Positions 1 through 9,152 of a stretch of 64,000 bases of DNA are shown here, piece after piece. The stretch's first letter is position 1. Each line of letters begins with the position of its first letter. A program made the position numbers and the translations under genes. Below the pieces are notes generated by a model. It had not been told where the DNA came from. It did no database searches and was given only the letters and a program-made list of their open reading frames with translations. The DNA comes from Candidatus Babeliales bacterium (lineage in GTDB: Bacteria; Babelota; Babeliae; Babelales; RVW-14), in assembly GCA_019746485.1 (NCBI GenBank), contig JAIERW010000022.1, forward strand, positions 3,280-67,279, written 5' to 3'.

Positions 1-734
1 TAGTACAGCGTAGTCCCTGGATCGAAGGTTAAGAGCGATTGCGGTGCAACATAACTTTGCATTACTGATTGATAAATAAAGTCCATGGTGCCGGTAAAGC
101 GTACGTCGTTATAAAAAAACATGCGACCGGTTCTGAACGGAAAGTCGTCGGCCAAATCAAATGTGACGTTGTCCAGTGTTACATGGCCCTTTTGGTCAAA
201 GCAGCGGATGATGGGAATATTTGGACTATTGCGTGTTGTTTGAATATACATATTTTTGAGCGTTACACTTACATTGCTTTCGAGCAGAAGTTGTACGTGT
301 GGTTCAAAAATTAAGGTATTGCCGTGGCCGTCGATAATAGCATTAGAAATAATTTGCCACACGCTGTCTTGTTGCAGTGTTGTTTTGGTACCCAAATGAA
401 TGGTGTTGTTGCGTGCGTTAATACGTCCGCCGCTTGAAAAGGTAATGTTGGTACCAAAATATAAATCGCTCAAGAGCGCCAGCGAACCGGTGGTGCGCAA
501 ATCCATACCGCTCGAAACGGTCATAAACGTGTCCAACGTTGCCGACTGACCGGCCAAAATAGTAAAGCCGTTGTTTAAACGTACAAAGCCGGTGGCGTTG
601 TTGAAATTGCGAAAAACGTAGTGTGCGTTTTGGTAGACCAGCGAAGAGGTGCCCGTTAGGTTTGCAGGAAATAAACGTGTTGAGAGCCAGAGTGCTGCGA
701 GTGGTAAAAAAATAAGTATAAATCTTTTTTTCAT
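1..734 (-). CDS. Partial CDS (C-terminus lies outside the window). Secreted beta-helix-like protein, a fourth paralog of the three genes downstream, with no NNSNA-repeat module within the 244 aa visible in the window
   Basis: Not in the ORF track because it is open at the window edge. My manual translation from the ATG at 732-734 gives MKKRFILIFLPLAALWLS... (signal peptide). It continues ...IIDGHGNTLIFEPHVQLLLESNVSVTLKNMYIQTTRNSPNIPIIRCFDQKGHVTLDNVTF.LADDFPFRTGRMFFYNDVRFTGT...QSLLTFDPGTTLY, nearly identical to the core of ORFs 738-3506, 3517-6237 and 6250-8967. Confidence 0.75.
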   Translation of the reverse strand, partial: MKKRFILIFLPLAALWLSTRLFPANLTGTSSLVYQNAHYVFRNFNNATGFVRLNNGFTILAGQSATLDTFMTVSSGMDLRTTGSLALLSDLYFGTNITFSSGGRINARNNTIHLGTKTTLQQDSVWQIISNAIIDGHGNTLIFEPHVQLLLESNVSVTLKNMYIQTTRNSPNIPIIRCFDQKGHVTLDNVTFDLADDFPFRTGRMFFYNDVRFTGTMDFIYQSVMQSYVAPQSLLTFDPGTTLY

Positions 735-737
735 GAG

Positions 738-3497
738 CTAACTCACATTGTTATAAAAAAGTTTGCCGTCCAGTTGAACCCGTGCCCCAGCCAATAAAAA
801 TACGTCAAGGTCTGAAGTTGAGCCAAGTGCTGAATTACCAAAGTTTATGCCGTTGGTGAGCGCTTGTGCATTTGATTCTGTGGTGTAGTTAACTTGATAA
901 ATAATAACTTGGCCTGGATTGGAAGCTAGTCCTGCAGCAAGGCTTTTGCCATCTGGTGACCAGTGAAGATATGTTACGCTTGTGCCGCCTCCTCCTATGG
1001 TGAGCGTGTAGCGTGAGGTAAGTGATGCTCCATTAAATTCAAAAATCCTAATGTTGTTAACGTTGCCGTTTTCAGCGCCGCCTACGGCAACATAACGACC
1101 ATCTGGCGACCATGCCAATGCATAATAAACAGGAACGCTTGCCGAGGTATTTAATGAGGAGTCCACTAGGTTTTGAGTTGAACCATTAAAAGAATAGGCA
1201 GCAAGTATTGGGTCGCTCGTGTTGTTGGTATTATTTGCGCATACCGCAAAAAAGAGCCCATCAGGGCGCAAGTCGATATTTTTGGTTATTGGCGAGGCAG
1301 ATACAAAAGTAAGGGTACTGCTACTTTGCAAAGTTAGTGAAGTGCCGTTGAAGCGATATATACTTGATTGAGTAATGGTACCAGTTGTGGTATTAAAATA
1401 TACACCAAGATAGTTACTATCAGGTGTCCATCGTATGTGCTTGCCAAAGCTTGGGCTGATTTGTGCAAAACTAGCTGTTGCAACGGTGCTCGTTGATAAT
1501 GCTTTTCCGTTGAAGCTATAAACTTGTATGGTGTTTGGGTTTGCCAAACCAAAAAGAGCAAGATAACAACCACAAGGGCTCCATACTGCTGAAAAAAGTT
1601 GTGAAGTGGAATAAGTTACTTGAGATAGTACGGTTAAACTTGATTCATTAAAACTAAGAACACTTACTCTGTTTGTTGGTGATACTGTGCGTACTTCTGC
1701 CAGCACAATAAATCGACCGCTTGGGTGCCAATTCATTTCACGGTTGGGAAAACCACTAGGGGAGGTTGTGGCATATGAAGCAACCAAGATTAGTCCGGTA
1801 CTGGTGATTTTAAATATTCTTAGGTTTGCATCATTTGGATCAATGACTGCTAAAAATCTACCATCAGGGCTCCATTCACAGGCAGTGGTGCTAGAACCAC
1901 TGACGTTCATTGATGAGGTTTGTGTTAAGCTTGAAAAACGCGTTGTTGGGCCGGTGTTGAGGCTTACTTTATTGTCCAGCCACAAGCGGCCTTTGGTCAA
2001 ACTCATGCCGGTAAACGTTGTTTGCAACGTCGTTGCACTGCCCTTCAAATAAATGCCGGAAGTTTTGTCGGTCAGTTGCAATAAATCTTTGCTCGTGGTG
2101 CTTGGGTAGTAGTACAATGTTGTGCCCGGATCGAAGGTTAGCAACGATTGTGGTGCAACATAACTTTGCATCCACGATTGATAAATAAAGCACGAGGTGC
2201 CGGTAAAGCAAACATCATTAAAACAGAACATGCGCCCGGTTCTAAACGGAAAGTCATCGGCACACGATAGCGTGACGTTATCAAATGTCACGTGGCCCTT
2301 TTGGTCAAAGCAGCGAATAATAGGAATATTTGAGCTATTGCGCGTTGTTTGAATGTTCACATTTTTGAGCGTTAATGAAACGTTTGATTCAAGAACAATT
2401 TGAGCGTGTGGCCCAAAGATAAGCGTGCCGCCGTTGCCATCAATAATCAAGCTGCTCGTGATTTTGAGTGACGTTAATGTTGAGAGTACCAAACTATCGC
2501 TTAAAACCAACGAAAAGTTATTGCCTGCTAAGTCGCCACCGCTGGTGATATAAGCGTTAGAATTCAAATATAAATCGCCTGCCAGCACGAGTTTGCCGGT
2601 TGATTTAAGCGCAATGTTGCCGCTGACGGGAAGCGGTGTCATGAGCGTGAGCGTTTTGCCAGCATCAACTTCAAAGCCTGCTTTGTACAAAATAAGTTTG
2701 TTGATGGTGGTGGTTGCTTGAAAGCGTGAGTGGTTGGTAACGATCTGAATACTGTTGCCAATAAAGTTAATGGCGGTACTGTTTTGAATGAGCAGGCTGC
2801 CAAAATTTTGGGCAAGTGCGTTGATAGCATTACTGTTGTTAATAACGCGTTGGACGCTGGTAACAAATGAAACAAGTGCGTTGCTGTTGGTGCGAACGAG
2901 TGTTGAGAGTGGCGTGTAAATGAGAACGTTACTGTTGGTACGAATGAGTGTGGTAAGAGTTTGTGCCGTAATGGCATTACTGTTATTTTTTATACCAAAG
3001 CGTAGGGCGTTACTGTTATTTTTGCAACCAAACAACAGCGCATTACTGTCATTTCTTATTTTTTGATTGAGCAAAACGTTAGCGTTGCTATTGCCTTTTG
3101 TTATGACAGACATGGCGTTGGCAGTGTTACTGTTATTTTTTATTTTTGGGAAAAGAAAAACAAGTGCATTACTTGTTTGTCTCACAAGAGAACCAGTAGC
3201 GTTAATAACGTTACTGTTGTTGTAAACCATGTTGGTTGGTGCTTTACGTCGGCCCGTCCCCAGTACAACGCCGTTGGTATAACTTTCGGTCCAGCTGGTT
3301 GAGGCATTGTTGCCATACGTATCCACAATTGAGTCTTGTCCCCAGCCGGTAATACTGGCAACTTGGCCCAAACGCACTTTGGTTATTGTGCCGTCGTTCA
3401 TTGCCAAGTGAACGTTGCGGTTGGCAAAGTCGAGCGTGCACTGCGCTGTGCTGGAGTAAAAAAAGTATGTGAGAAAAATAAGAATACTTCTTTTCAT
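738..3497 (-). CDS. Large secreted surface-type protein, paralog 1: signal peptide, NNSNA repeats, beta-helix-like core, 7 WSPDG-type propeller blades, conserved C-terminal tail
   Basis: 922 aa ORF. I prefer the second ATG (MKRSILIFLTYFFYSSTAQC) by analogy with paralog 2 (MKRSIFLVLTYFFYSGTTQC). Blade motifs include CEWSPDGRFLAV, NWHPSGRFIVL, VWSPCGCYLAL, RWTPDSNYLGV, LRPDGLFFAV, AWSPDGRYVAV and HWSPDGKSLAA. Confidence 0.85.
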   Translation of the reverse strand: MKRSILIFLTYFFYSSTAQCTLDFANRNVHLAMNDGTITKVRLGQVASITGWGQDSIVDTYGNNASTSWTESYTNGVVLGTGRRKAPTNMVYNNSNVINATGSLVRQTSNALVFLFPKIKNNSNTANAMSVITKGNSNANVLLNQKIRNDSNALLFGCKNNSNALRFGIKNNSNAITAQTLTTLIRTNSNVLIYTPLSTLVRTNSNALVSFVTSVQRVINNSNAINALAQNFGSLLIQNSTAINFIGNSIQIVTNHSRFQATTTINKLILYKAGFEVDAGKTLTLMTPLPVSGNIALKSTGKLVLAGDLYLNSNAYITSGGDLAGNNFSLVLSDSLVLSTLTSLKITSSLIIDGNGGTLIFGPHAQIVLESNVSLTLKNVNIQTTRNSSNIPIIRCFDQKGHVTFDNVTLSCADDFPFRTGRMFCFNDVCFTGTSCFIYQSWMQSYVAPQSLLTFDPGTTLYYYPSTTSKDLLQLTDKTSGIYLKGSATTLQTTFTGMSLTKGRLWLDNKVSLNTGPTTRFSSLTQTSSMNVSGSSTTACEWSPDGRFLAVIDPNDANLRIFKITSTGLILVASYATTSPSGFPNREMNWHPSGRFIVLAEVRTVSPTNRVSVLSFNESSLTVLSQVTYSTSQLFSAVWSPCGCYLALFGLANPNTIQVYSFNGKALSTSTVATASFAQISPSFGKHIRWTPDSNYLGVYFNTTTGTITQSSIYRFNGTSLTLQSSSTLTFVSASPITKNIDLRPDGLFFAVCANNTNNTSDPILAAYSFNGSTQNLVDSSLNTSASVPVYYALAWSPDGRYVAVGGAENGNVNNIRIFEFNGASLTSRYTLTIGGGGTSVTYLHWSPDGKSLAAGLASNPGQVIIYQVNYTTESNAQALTNGINFGNSALGSTSDLDVFLLAGARVQLDGKLFYNNVS

Positions 3498-3516
3498 AAT
3501 TACCATTTTTCCTGAG

Positions 3517-6237
3517 TTAACTCACATTGTTATAAAATAATTTTCCATCAAGTTGAACGCGCGCGCCGGCCAAGAAAAATACGTCAACGTCTGATGTTGA
3601 GCCCAGCGCTGAGTTGCCAAAAACCAGGCCGTTGGTGAGCGCTTGTGTTGACGTGTCAAAGCGAAAAGTAGTGGAATAAATTTCAAATTCATCATGGCCT
3701 GAATCAGGTACGTTTCCGCCAATTGCCACATATTTGCCATCGTGTGACCAAGCAACGCCAATTGCTGCTGTGCCGTAATTGCTGCTGGTGACCAGTGTTA
3801 ATGCAGAACCGTCAAATTTATAAAATTGAATTTCATCGCCATTGATTGGCTCTCTTCCCACAATAGCTATATAGTTTCCTGAAGGATCCCACGCTATTTC
3901 TCTCACCTCGCCTGTTGCTGATGTTGAATAATCTTTGCTATCAATGAGTGTTAATGAGCCGCCATAAAAACTGTATATTTGAAGCTCAAAGGTACTGGTT
4001 GGAAGTAGTCCACCAACGGCAAGAAAGTTGCCTGCTGGGTTGAACACTACAGCGCCAATAAAACTGCTTGCGCCACCAAAATCTATGCTGGTAGCTAATG
4101 ATAATGTTGATCCGTTAAAAGAATACAGACGTAATTCATTGCCGCCAGACACTGCTCCTGTGGTTCCTATAGCCAGATAGTTGCCGGTGGGGTGCCACGA
4201 TGATCCACTTAGATTTGCTGTTCCTATATCAGCTCCTGTGACAAGTGTTGGTGCTGTTGGGCCATTGAATCGATAAATTTGTACTTCATTACCACTGATT
4301 GGGATATTAGCATTTACGGCAATGTATTTGCCATCTGGGCTCCATATTGCGCGAGGAATAGTACTGGTTGCAATTGTAAGGCTTGAAATTTGCGTTAAAG
4401 TTGTGCCATTAAAGCTGTAGAGATAAAACTCTGTGCTTCCCGTTACTGCCAAAAATCTGCCGTCAGGGCTCCATTTTGCGTTAAAAGATGTAGCACCCGC
4501 TAAAGCAACGTCTGCCGAATCAACAAGGCTTACTGATGTGCCAGTAAAACGGAAAATTTGTAGTTCGTTACCGCTGGGAGGAGAGTTTCCTGAAACGGCG
4601 ATAAAGCGATCGTCAGGAGAAAAATCGACCGATTCAACAAAAGTTCCGTAGTCTTGGGTTATAATTTGTGTAACCACATCAAGTGTGGTTGCTGCTTGTG
4701 TGCTGAGCGTAACTTTGTTGTCCATCCATAAACGGCCCTTGGTCAAGCGCATACCGGTGTGCGTTGTTTGCAACGTGGTGCCGGAGCCTTTGAAATAAAT
4801 GCCCGAGGACTTATCGGTGAGTTGTAGTAATGTTTTGTCGGTTGAGCTTGGGTAGTAGTACAATGTGGTGCCCGGATCAAAGGTCAGTAGCGATTGTGGC
4901 ATGACATAACTTTGCATCCACGATTGGTAAATAAATTTTGAAGTGCCGGTAAAGCGGACATCGTTATAAAAAAACATGCGCCCGGTGCGCCATGCAAAGT
5001 CGTCGGTAAGTGCTATGTTTACGTTGTCAAATGTTACGTGGCCTTTTTGGTCGTAGCAGCGAATAATAGGAATTGCAAGAGCGTTGCGTGTTGTTTGAAT
5101 ATTTACATTTTTGAGTGTTAACGAGACATTTGATTCGAGTAAAATTTGGGCGTGCGGTCCAAAAACTATTGTGCCGCCGTTGCCGTCAATGATTAAGCTG
5201 CTGGTTATTTGAAGTGTAGTAAGTGTTGAGAGCACCAAGCTATCGCTCATAACAAGCGAAAAGTTATTGCCGCCCAAATAGCCGCCGCTGGTGATATAAG
5301 CATTAGAATTCAAATACAAATCGCCTGCGAGCACAAGTTTGCCGGTTGATTTAAGCGCAATGTTGCCGCTAACGGGAAGCGGTGTCATGAGTGTGAGCGT
5401 TTTACCAGCATCAACTTCAAAGCCTGCTTTATAAAGAATAATTTTATTGATGGTGGTGGTTGCTTGAAAGCGCGAGTGGTTGGAAACTATTTGTACGTTG
5501 TTACCAAAGTAGTTTATAGCGTTACTGTTTTGGATATTGGTAGCTATTTGATTGCGGGTAAAAACAATAAGATTACTGTTGCTTCTTACCAGCGTTGTGC
5601 TGGCAAAGTTAAAACCGTTGGCAGTGTTACTGTTGTTGATAATTCTGCGCGACAAAGCAACGGCGGCGTTACTGTTGGCACGTACTCTGAAACCCAAAGA
5701 AATAATGGCATTACTGTTATTTTTTATGCCAAAGCGCAGGGCGTTACTATCAAATCTGACGCATGGAAGGATGGTAGAACTATTTGCTCTAATTCTGGTT
5801 GGCAAGGTAATAATGCCGTTACTGTTGCTCAATTCAAGGCGGGCGATGGCGGCAATTACGTTACTATTGTTGTTTGAAAGCGGGGCTATGCTGGTGATCA
5901 CGTTACTATTATTTTGGGTCAGTCTTCCCCACGCGTTAATCGCGTTACTGTTGTTAACAACCATGTTGGTTGAAGGTTGTCGGCGTCCTGTGCCCAGCTC
6001 AACACCGGCGGTGTACGTTTCTGTCCAGCTGGCAGCACTTTTAACAAAGCTTTTAATAATAGAATCTTGTGTCCAGCCGGTTACTTGCGAAGCATTGGTT
6101 ATTTTGAGGCGTGAAACGGTAACTTGACTCAACTCGTCAATAATCAACGTTGCATCTTGATTGGCAAAGTCGAGCGTGCACTGTGTTGTGCCTGAGTAAA
6201 AAAAGTATGTGAGAACTAAAAAAATACTTCTTTTCAT
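3517..6237 (-). CDS. Large secreted surface-type protein, paralog 2 (same architecture as paralog 1)
   Basis: 906 aa ORF with a signal peptide and about 11 NNSNA-type repeats. The core is near-identical to paralog 1 (KAGFEVDAGKTLTLMTPLPVSGNIALKSTGKLVLAGDLYLNSNAYITSGG). Blade motifs include FSPDDRFIAV, WSPDGRFLAV, WSPDGKYIAV, WHPTGNYLAI, FNPAGNFLAV, WDPSGNYIAI and WSHDGKYVAI. The gap to the next gene is 10 nt. Confidence 0.88.
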   Translation of the reverse strand: MKRSIFLVLTYFFYSGTTQCTLDFANQDATLIIDELSQVTVSRLKITNASQVTGWTQDSIIKSFVKSAASWTETYTAGVELGTGRRQPSTNMVVNNSNAINAWGRLTQNNSNVITSIAPLSNNNSNVIAAIARLELSNSNGIITLPTRIRANSSTILPCVRFDSNALRFGIKNNSNAIISLGFRVRANSNAAVALSRRIINNSNTANGFNFASTTLVRSNSNLIVFTRNQIATNIQNSNAINYFGNNVQIVSNHSRFQATTTINKIILYKAGFEVDAGKTLTLMTPLPVSGNIALKSTGKLVLAGDLYLNSNAYITSGGYLGGNNFSLVMSDSLVLSTLTTLQITSSLIIDGNGGTIVFGPHAQILLESNVSLTLKNVNIQTTRNALAIPIIRCYDQKGHVTFDNVNIALTDDFAWRTGRMFFYNDVRFTGTSKFIYQSWMQSYVMPQSLLTFDPGTTLYYYPSSTDKTLLQLTDKSSGIYFKGSGTTLQTTHTGMRLTKGRLWMDNKVTLSTQAATTLDVVTQIITQDYGTFVESVDFSPDDRFIAVSGNSPPSGNELQIFRFTGTSVSLVDSADVALAGATSFNAKWSPDGRFLAVTGSTEFYLYSFNGTTLTQISSLTIATSTIPRAIWSPDGKYIAVNANIPISGNEVQIYRFNGPTAPTLVTGADIGTANLSGSSWHPTGNYLAIGTTGAVSGGNELRLYSFNGSTLSLATSIDFGGASSFIGAVVFNPAGNFLAVGGLLPTSTFELQIYSFYGGSLTLIDSKDYSTSATGEVREIAWDPSGNYIAIVGREPINGDEIQFYKFDGSALTLVTSSNYGTAAIGVAWSHDGKYVAIGGNVPDSGHDEFEIYSTTFRFDTSTQALTNGLVFGNSALGSTSDVDVFFLAGARVQLDGKLFYNNVS

Positions 6238-6249
6238 AATTACCGTTCG

Positions 6250-8967
6250 TTAACTCACATTGTTATAAAATAACTTGCCATTTAATTCCACACGCGCGCC
6301 AGCCAATAAAAATACGTCAAGATCTGAAGTTGAGCCAAGTGTTGAGTTGCCAAAATTAATGCCGTTGGTGAGTGCTTGTGTTGTTGATTCTGTGGTGTAT
6401 GAAACGGTGTAAATATCAAGTTCTGAAGAGGAAGACCGTATAAAAGCAAGCAAAGAACCATCGCTTGACCAACTGGTAGACATATATTCATTATTACCAA
6501 GAGATATTGTTTGCACCAACGTAAGGCTTGATGAATCAAATTTATAAATCTGAAAGTTTCCAGAATTGACACTACGGCCCACAGCAAGATGAACACCATC
6601 TGGAGACCATGTAGCGGCGTTATACCCAAGAGAAGCGCCGCCAGATACCGTAGTAATGAGCCTTTGGCTTGTGCCATTAAAAGAATACACCGCAACTACC
6701 GGATCGCCAGATGTATTCGTATTTCGTGCTGTTACAGCATAAAATAATCCATTTGGGCTCCATGCTATTTGCGCAGCATCAGGCAAAGCTGCTCCAAATA
6801 CAAGATTGATACTATTTACTACGGTAAGAGAAGTACCATTAAATGAATAAATTTTACTCGTAGTTGTTGATCCACCAGGAGAGTAATAAATTCCTAAATA
6901 TTTGCCGCTTGGGCTCCATGAAAGGGGTTTGTCCGTTCCAATAGCACTTGCTCCTGGTCCAACGCTAGTGATTGTTGAAAGAGAAGAACCATTAAATGAA
7001 TAAATAGTGAGCGCGCCAGTGCTCATGCCTGCAAGGTAGTTGCCACAAGGGCTCCACGCAACGGTAAATTGACTGCCTGAGGTTGTAACAAGGCTGAGCG
7101 TTGTTTCATTAAAGCTTAAGACAGACATGCTTCCACCAAGTGTTCCAAAGGCGAGAAATTTGCCAGATGGATGCCAGTGAACAGAGTAGAGGTTTGATCC
7201 GCCGGCAAAGTAAGAACAAACAAATTGTAGGTTTGTCCTGGTAACTTTAAAAATACGTATGATGCGATTAGTATAATCACCAGTCATTATGTAGCGAGCA
7301 TCGGGGCTAAATTCACACAATTGAAAGCTGGCTCCGCTTGTTATCATGCTGTACGTTAGGGAGGTGCTCAAAAATTTTGTGTTTGCTTTGGTATTGAGCG
7401 TTACTTTATTGTCTAGCCACAAGCGACCTTTGGTAAAGCGCACGCCTGTGGTTGTTGTTTGAAGTGTTACGGCGCTGCCATTGAAGTAAATGCCCGATGA
7501 TTTGTCTTGCAATTGAATTAAATCTTTTTCAGTTGAGCTTGGATAGTAGTAAAGTGTGGTACCAGGATCGAATGTTAACAATGACTGTGGTGTAACATAA
7601 CTTTGCATAACTGATTGGTAAACAAGGCGCGAGGTGCCGGTAAAGCGTACATCATTGCTAAAAAATATGCGGCCGATTCTGAATGGAAAATCGTCGGCAC
7701 AAGAAAGGGTTACATTGTCAAAAGTTACATGTCCTGTTGGGCAAAAACAGCGAATAATGGGAATGTTTGGGCTGTTACGTGTTGTTTGAATGTGCATATT
7801 TTTGAGCGTTAATGACACATTTGTTTCGACTAAAAGTTGCGCGTGTGGCCCAAAAACAAGCGTGCCACCGTTGCCATCAATAATCAAGCTGCTGGTGATG
7901 TCCAGCGTGGTAAGAGTTGAGAGTACCAAGCTGTCGCTCATAACCAACGAAAAGTTATTGCCACCCAAATAGCCTTCGCTGGTCAGATAAGCGTTTGAAC
8001 CCAAATACAAATCGCCTGCCAATACAAGTTTTCCGGTTGATTTGAGAGCAATGTTGCCGTTGACGGGCAGCGGGGTCATGAGCGTGAGTGTTTTGCCAGC
8101 ATCAACTTCAAAGCCGGCTTTATAAAGAATAATTTTGTTGATAGTGGTGGTTGCCTGAAAGCGTGAGTGGTTGGAAACAATTTGTACGTTGTTGCCAAAA
8201 AAATTAACGGCGTTACTGGTTTGTCTATTAAGTGCGGTGAGTGCTGGGGTAATATCTGCGGCAAGTTTGATAATGGCATTACTATTTTGTTTGATTAGTG
8301 CCGCGTTGGCAGTAAGATTAGCGCTAATTTTAATCACAGCGCTACTGTTTTGTTTTGCCAGCCTGCTTATGCTTAAAATAACGTTACTGTTGCCGCGAAC
8401 AAGTGCATAAAGCCTTACAATCGCACTACTATTATTTTTTATGCCAAAAACTAGGGCGTTACTGTTATTTTTTATGCCAAAGTTAAGCGCGTTACTGTTG
8501 GCATTTTCTGAGCGATGCAAAAAGACCAGTAAGTTACTGTCGGCCCGCACCAACGGTGCTAGCTTGTTTAGGGCGTTACTGTCGTTTAAAACCTTGCGGT
8601 TGAGCGCAACGGTGGCGTTACTGTTGTTAACAGCCAGTGGGCGATGCACTTTGACCGCGTTACTGTTGTTATAGATCATATTAGTTGGCTGCCCTTGCCG
8701 CCCTGTGCCAATTTCAACACCGGCGGTATAGCTTTCAGTCCACGAGGTTGGGCTGGTGTTGCCATAAACTTTGATAATTGAATCTTGAGAAAAGCCGGTA
8801 ATTTGTGCAACTTTGCGCAAGCCAACCCGCGCATCTGGTTGTGGGTTGAGTACCAAGTTTGAGTTGCGGCTTACAAATTTGAGTGCGCCAAAAAGGTTGG
8901 GGTGCGGGCATAAAGAAGTTGCAATAAAAGCTGCGCAAAACAAGTAAAACGTTGGGACACGTCTCAT
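6250..8967 (-). CDS. Large secreted surface-type protein, paralog 3 (same architecture)
   Basis: 905 aa ORF with the same module order. The hydrophobic N-terminus is MRRVPTFYLFCAAFIATSLC. The C-terminal tail is TQALTNGINFGNSTLGSTSDLDVFLLAGARVELNGKLFYNNVS. Confidence 0.88.
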   Translation of the reverse strand: MRRVPTFYLFCAAFIATSLCPHPNLFGALKFVSRNSNLVLNPQPDARVGLRKVAQITGFSQDSIIKVYGNTSPTSWTESYTAGVEIGTGRQGQPTNMIYNNSNAVKVHRPLAVNNSNATVALNRKVLNDSNALNKLAPLVRADSNLLVFLHRSENANSNALNFGIKNNSNALVFGIKNNSSAIVRLYALVRGNSNVILSISRLAKQNSSAVIKISANLTANAALIKQNSNAIIKLAADITPALTALNRQTSNAVNFFGNNVQIVSNHSRFQATTTINKIILYKAGFEVDAGKTLTLMTPLPVNGNIALKSTGKLVLAGDLYLGSNAYLTSEGYLGGNNFSLVMSDSLVLSTLTTLDITSSLIIDGNGGTLVFGPHAQLLVETNVSLTLKNMHIQTTRNSPNIPIIRCFCPTGHVTFDNVTLSCADDFPFRIGRIFFSNDVRFTGTSRLVYQSVMQSYVTPQSLLTFDPGTTLYYYPSSTEKDLIQLQDKSSGIYFNGSAVTLQTTTTGVRFTKGRLWLDNKVTLNTKANTKFLSTSLTYSMITSGASFQLCEFSPDARYIMTGDYTNRIIRIFKVTRTNLQFVCSYFAGGSNLYSVHWHPSGKFLAFGTLGGSMSVLSFNETTLSLVTTSGSQFTVAWSPCGNYLAGMSTGALTIYSFNGSSLSTITSVGPGASAIGTDKPLSWSPSGKYLGIYYSPGGSTTTSKIYSFNGTSLTVVNSINLVFGAALPDAAQIAWSPNGLFYAVTARNTNTSGDPVVAVYSFNGTSQRLITTVSGGASLGYNAATWSPDGVHLAVGRSVNSGNFQIYKFDSSSLTLVQTISLGNNEYMSTSWSSDGSLLAFIRSSSSELDIYTVSYTTESTTQALTNGINFGNSTLGSTSDLDVFLLAGARVELNGKLFYNNVS

Positions 8968-9078
8968 CTGTGCTACTCTCTTTTTTTCTCTTTTTTTGAC
9001 TCTCTTCCTTTTTTATACAAACCACCGTAGCAAAAGTCTGAGACTTATGCCAGACAAAAGTTATGATTTTTTTTGAGA

Positions 9079-9134
9079 GAAAAAAGAGCGGCAGGAACTA
9101 TAAGATTTTTGTTTTTCTTAAATTTCTGCCGCTC
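9079..9134 (-). terminator. Candidate intrinsic terminator downstream of the ankyrin gene 9153-10490
   Basis: A GAGCGGCAG / CTGCCGCTC stem (9086-9094 and 9126-9134) is flanked by A/T runs on both sides. The loop is long (about 31 nt), so it is weaker than a canonical terminator. Confidence 0.4.
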
Positions 9135-9152
9135 TTTTTTAATAGTCAGGGG

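Noticed and set aside
2740-3230. The regularly spaced (G/A)TTACT(G/A)TT cores could look like a CRISPR-like array or a non-coding minisatellite.
   Set aside because: The cores are only 9-11 nt, spacing is irregular (30-54 nt), everything is in frame within a long ORF, and the cores encode the NNSNA peptide repeat. No cas genes are present.
5552-6127. Long antisense ORFs inside the large repeat-rich genes. Examples are 5464-5877 and 5552-6127 (+), 8171-8674 (+), 14655-15179 (+), 16323-17147 (+), 43012-43560 (+), 46458-46934 (+) and 47050-47550 (+).
   Set aside because: They lie entirely within much longer, motif-supported minus-strand genes. Their translations are low-complexity (Leu/Val/Cys-rich, or ELDELDEL mirror images of the Ser runs). 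They lack RBS or start context. They are shadow ORFs.
2740-8685. The Asn-codon-rich (AAY) variable regions suggested a diversity-generating retroelement target.
   Set aside because: The window has no reverse transcriptase, no template-repeat copy differing only at adenines, and no IMH-like element. Divergence between paralogs is not restricted to A positions.
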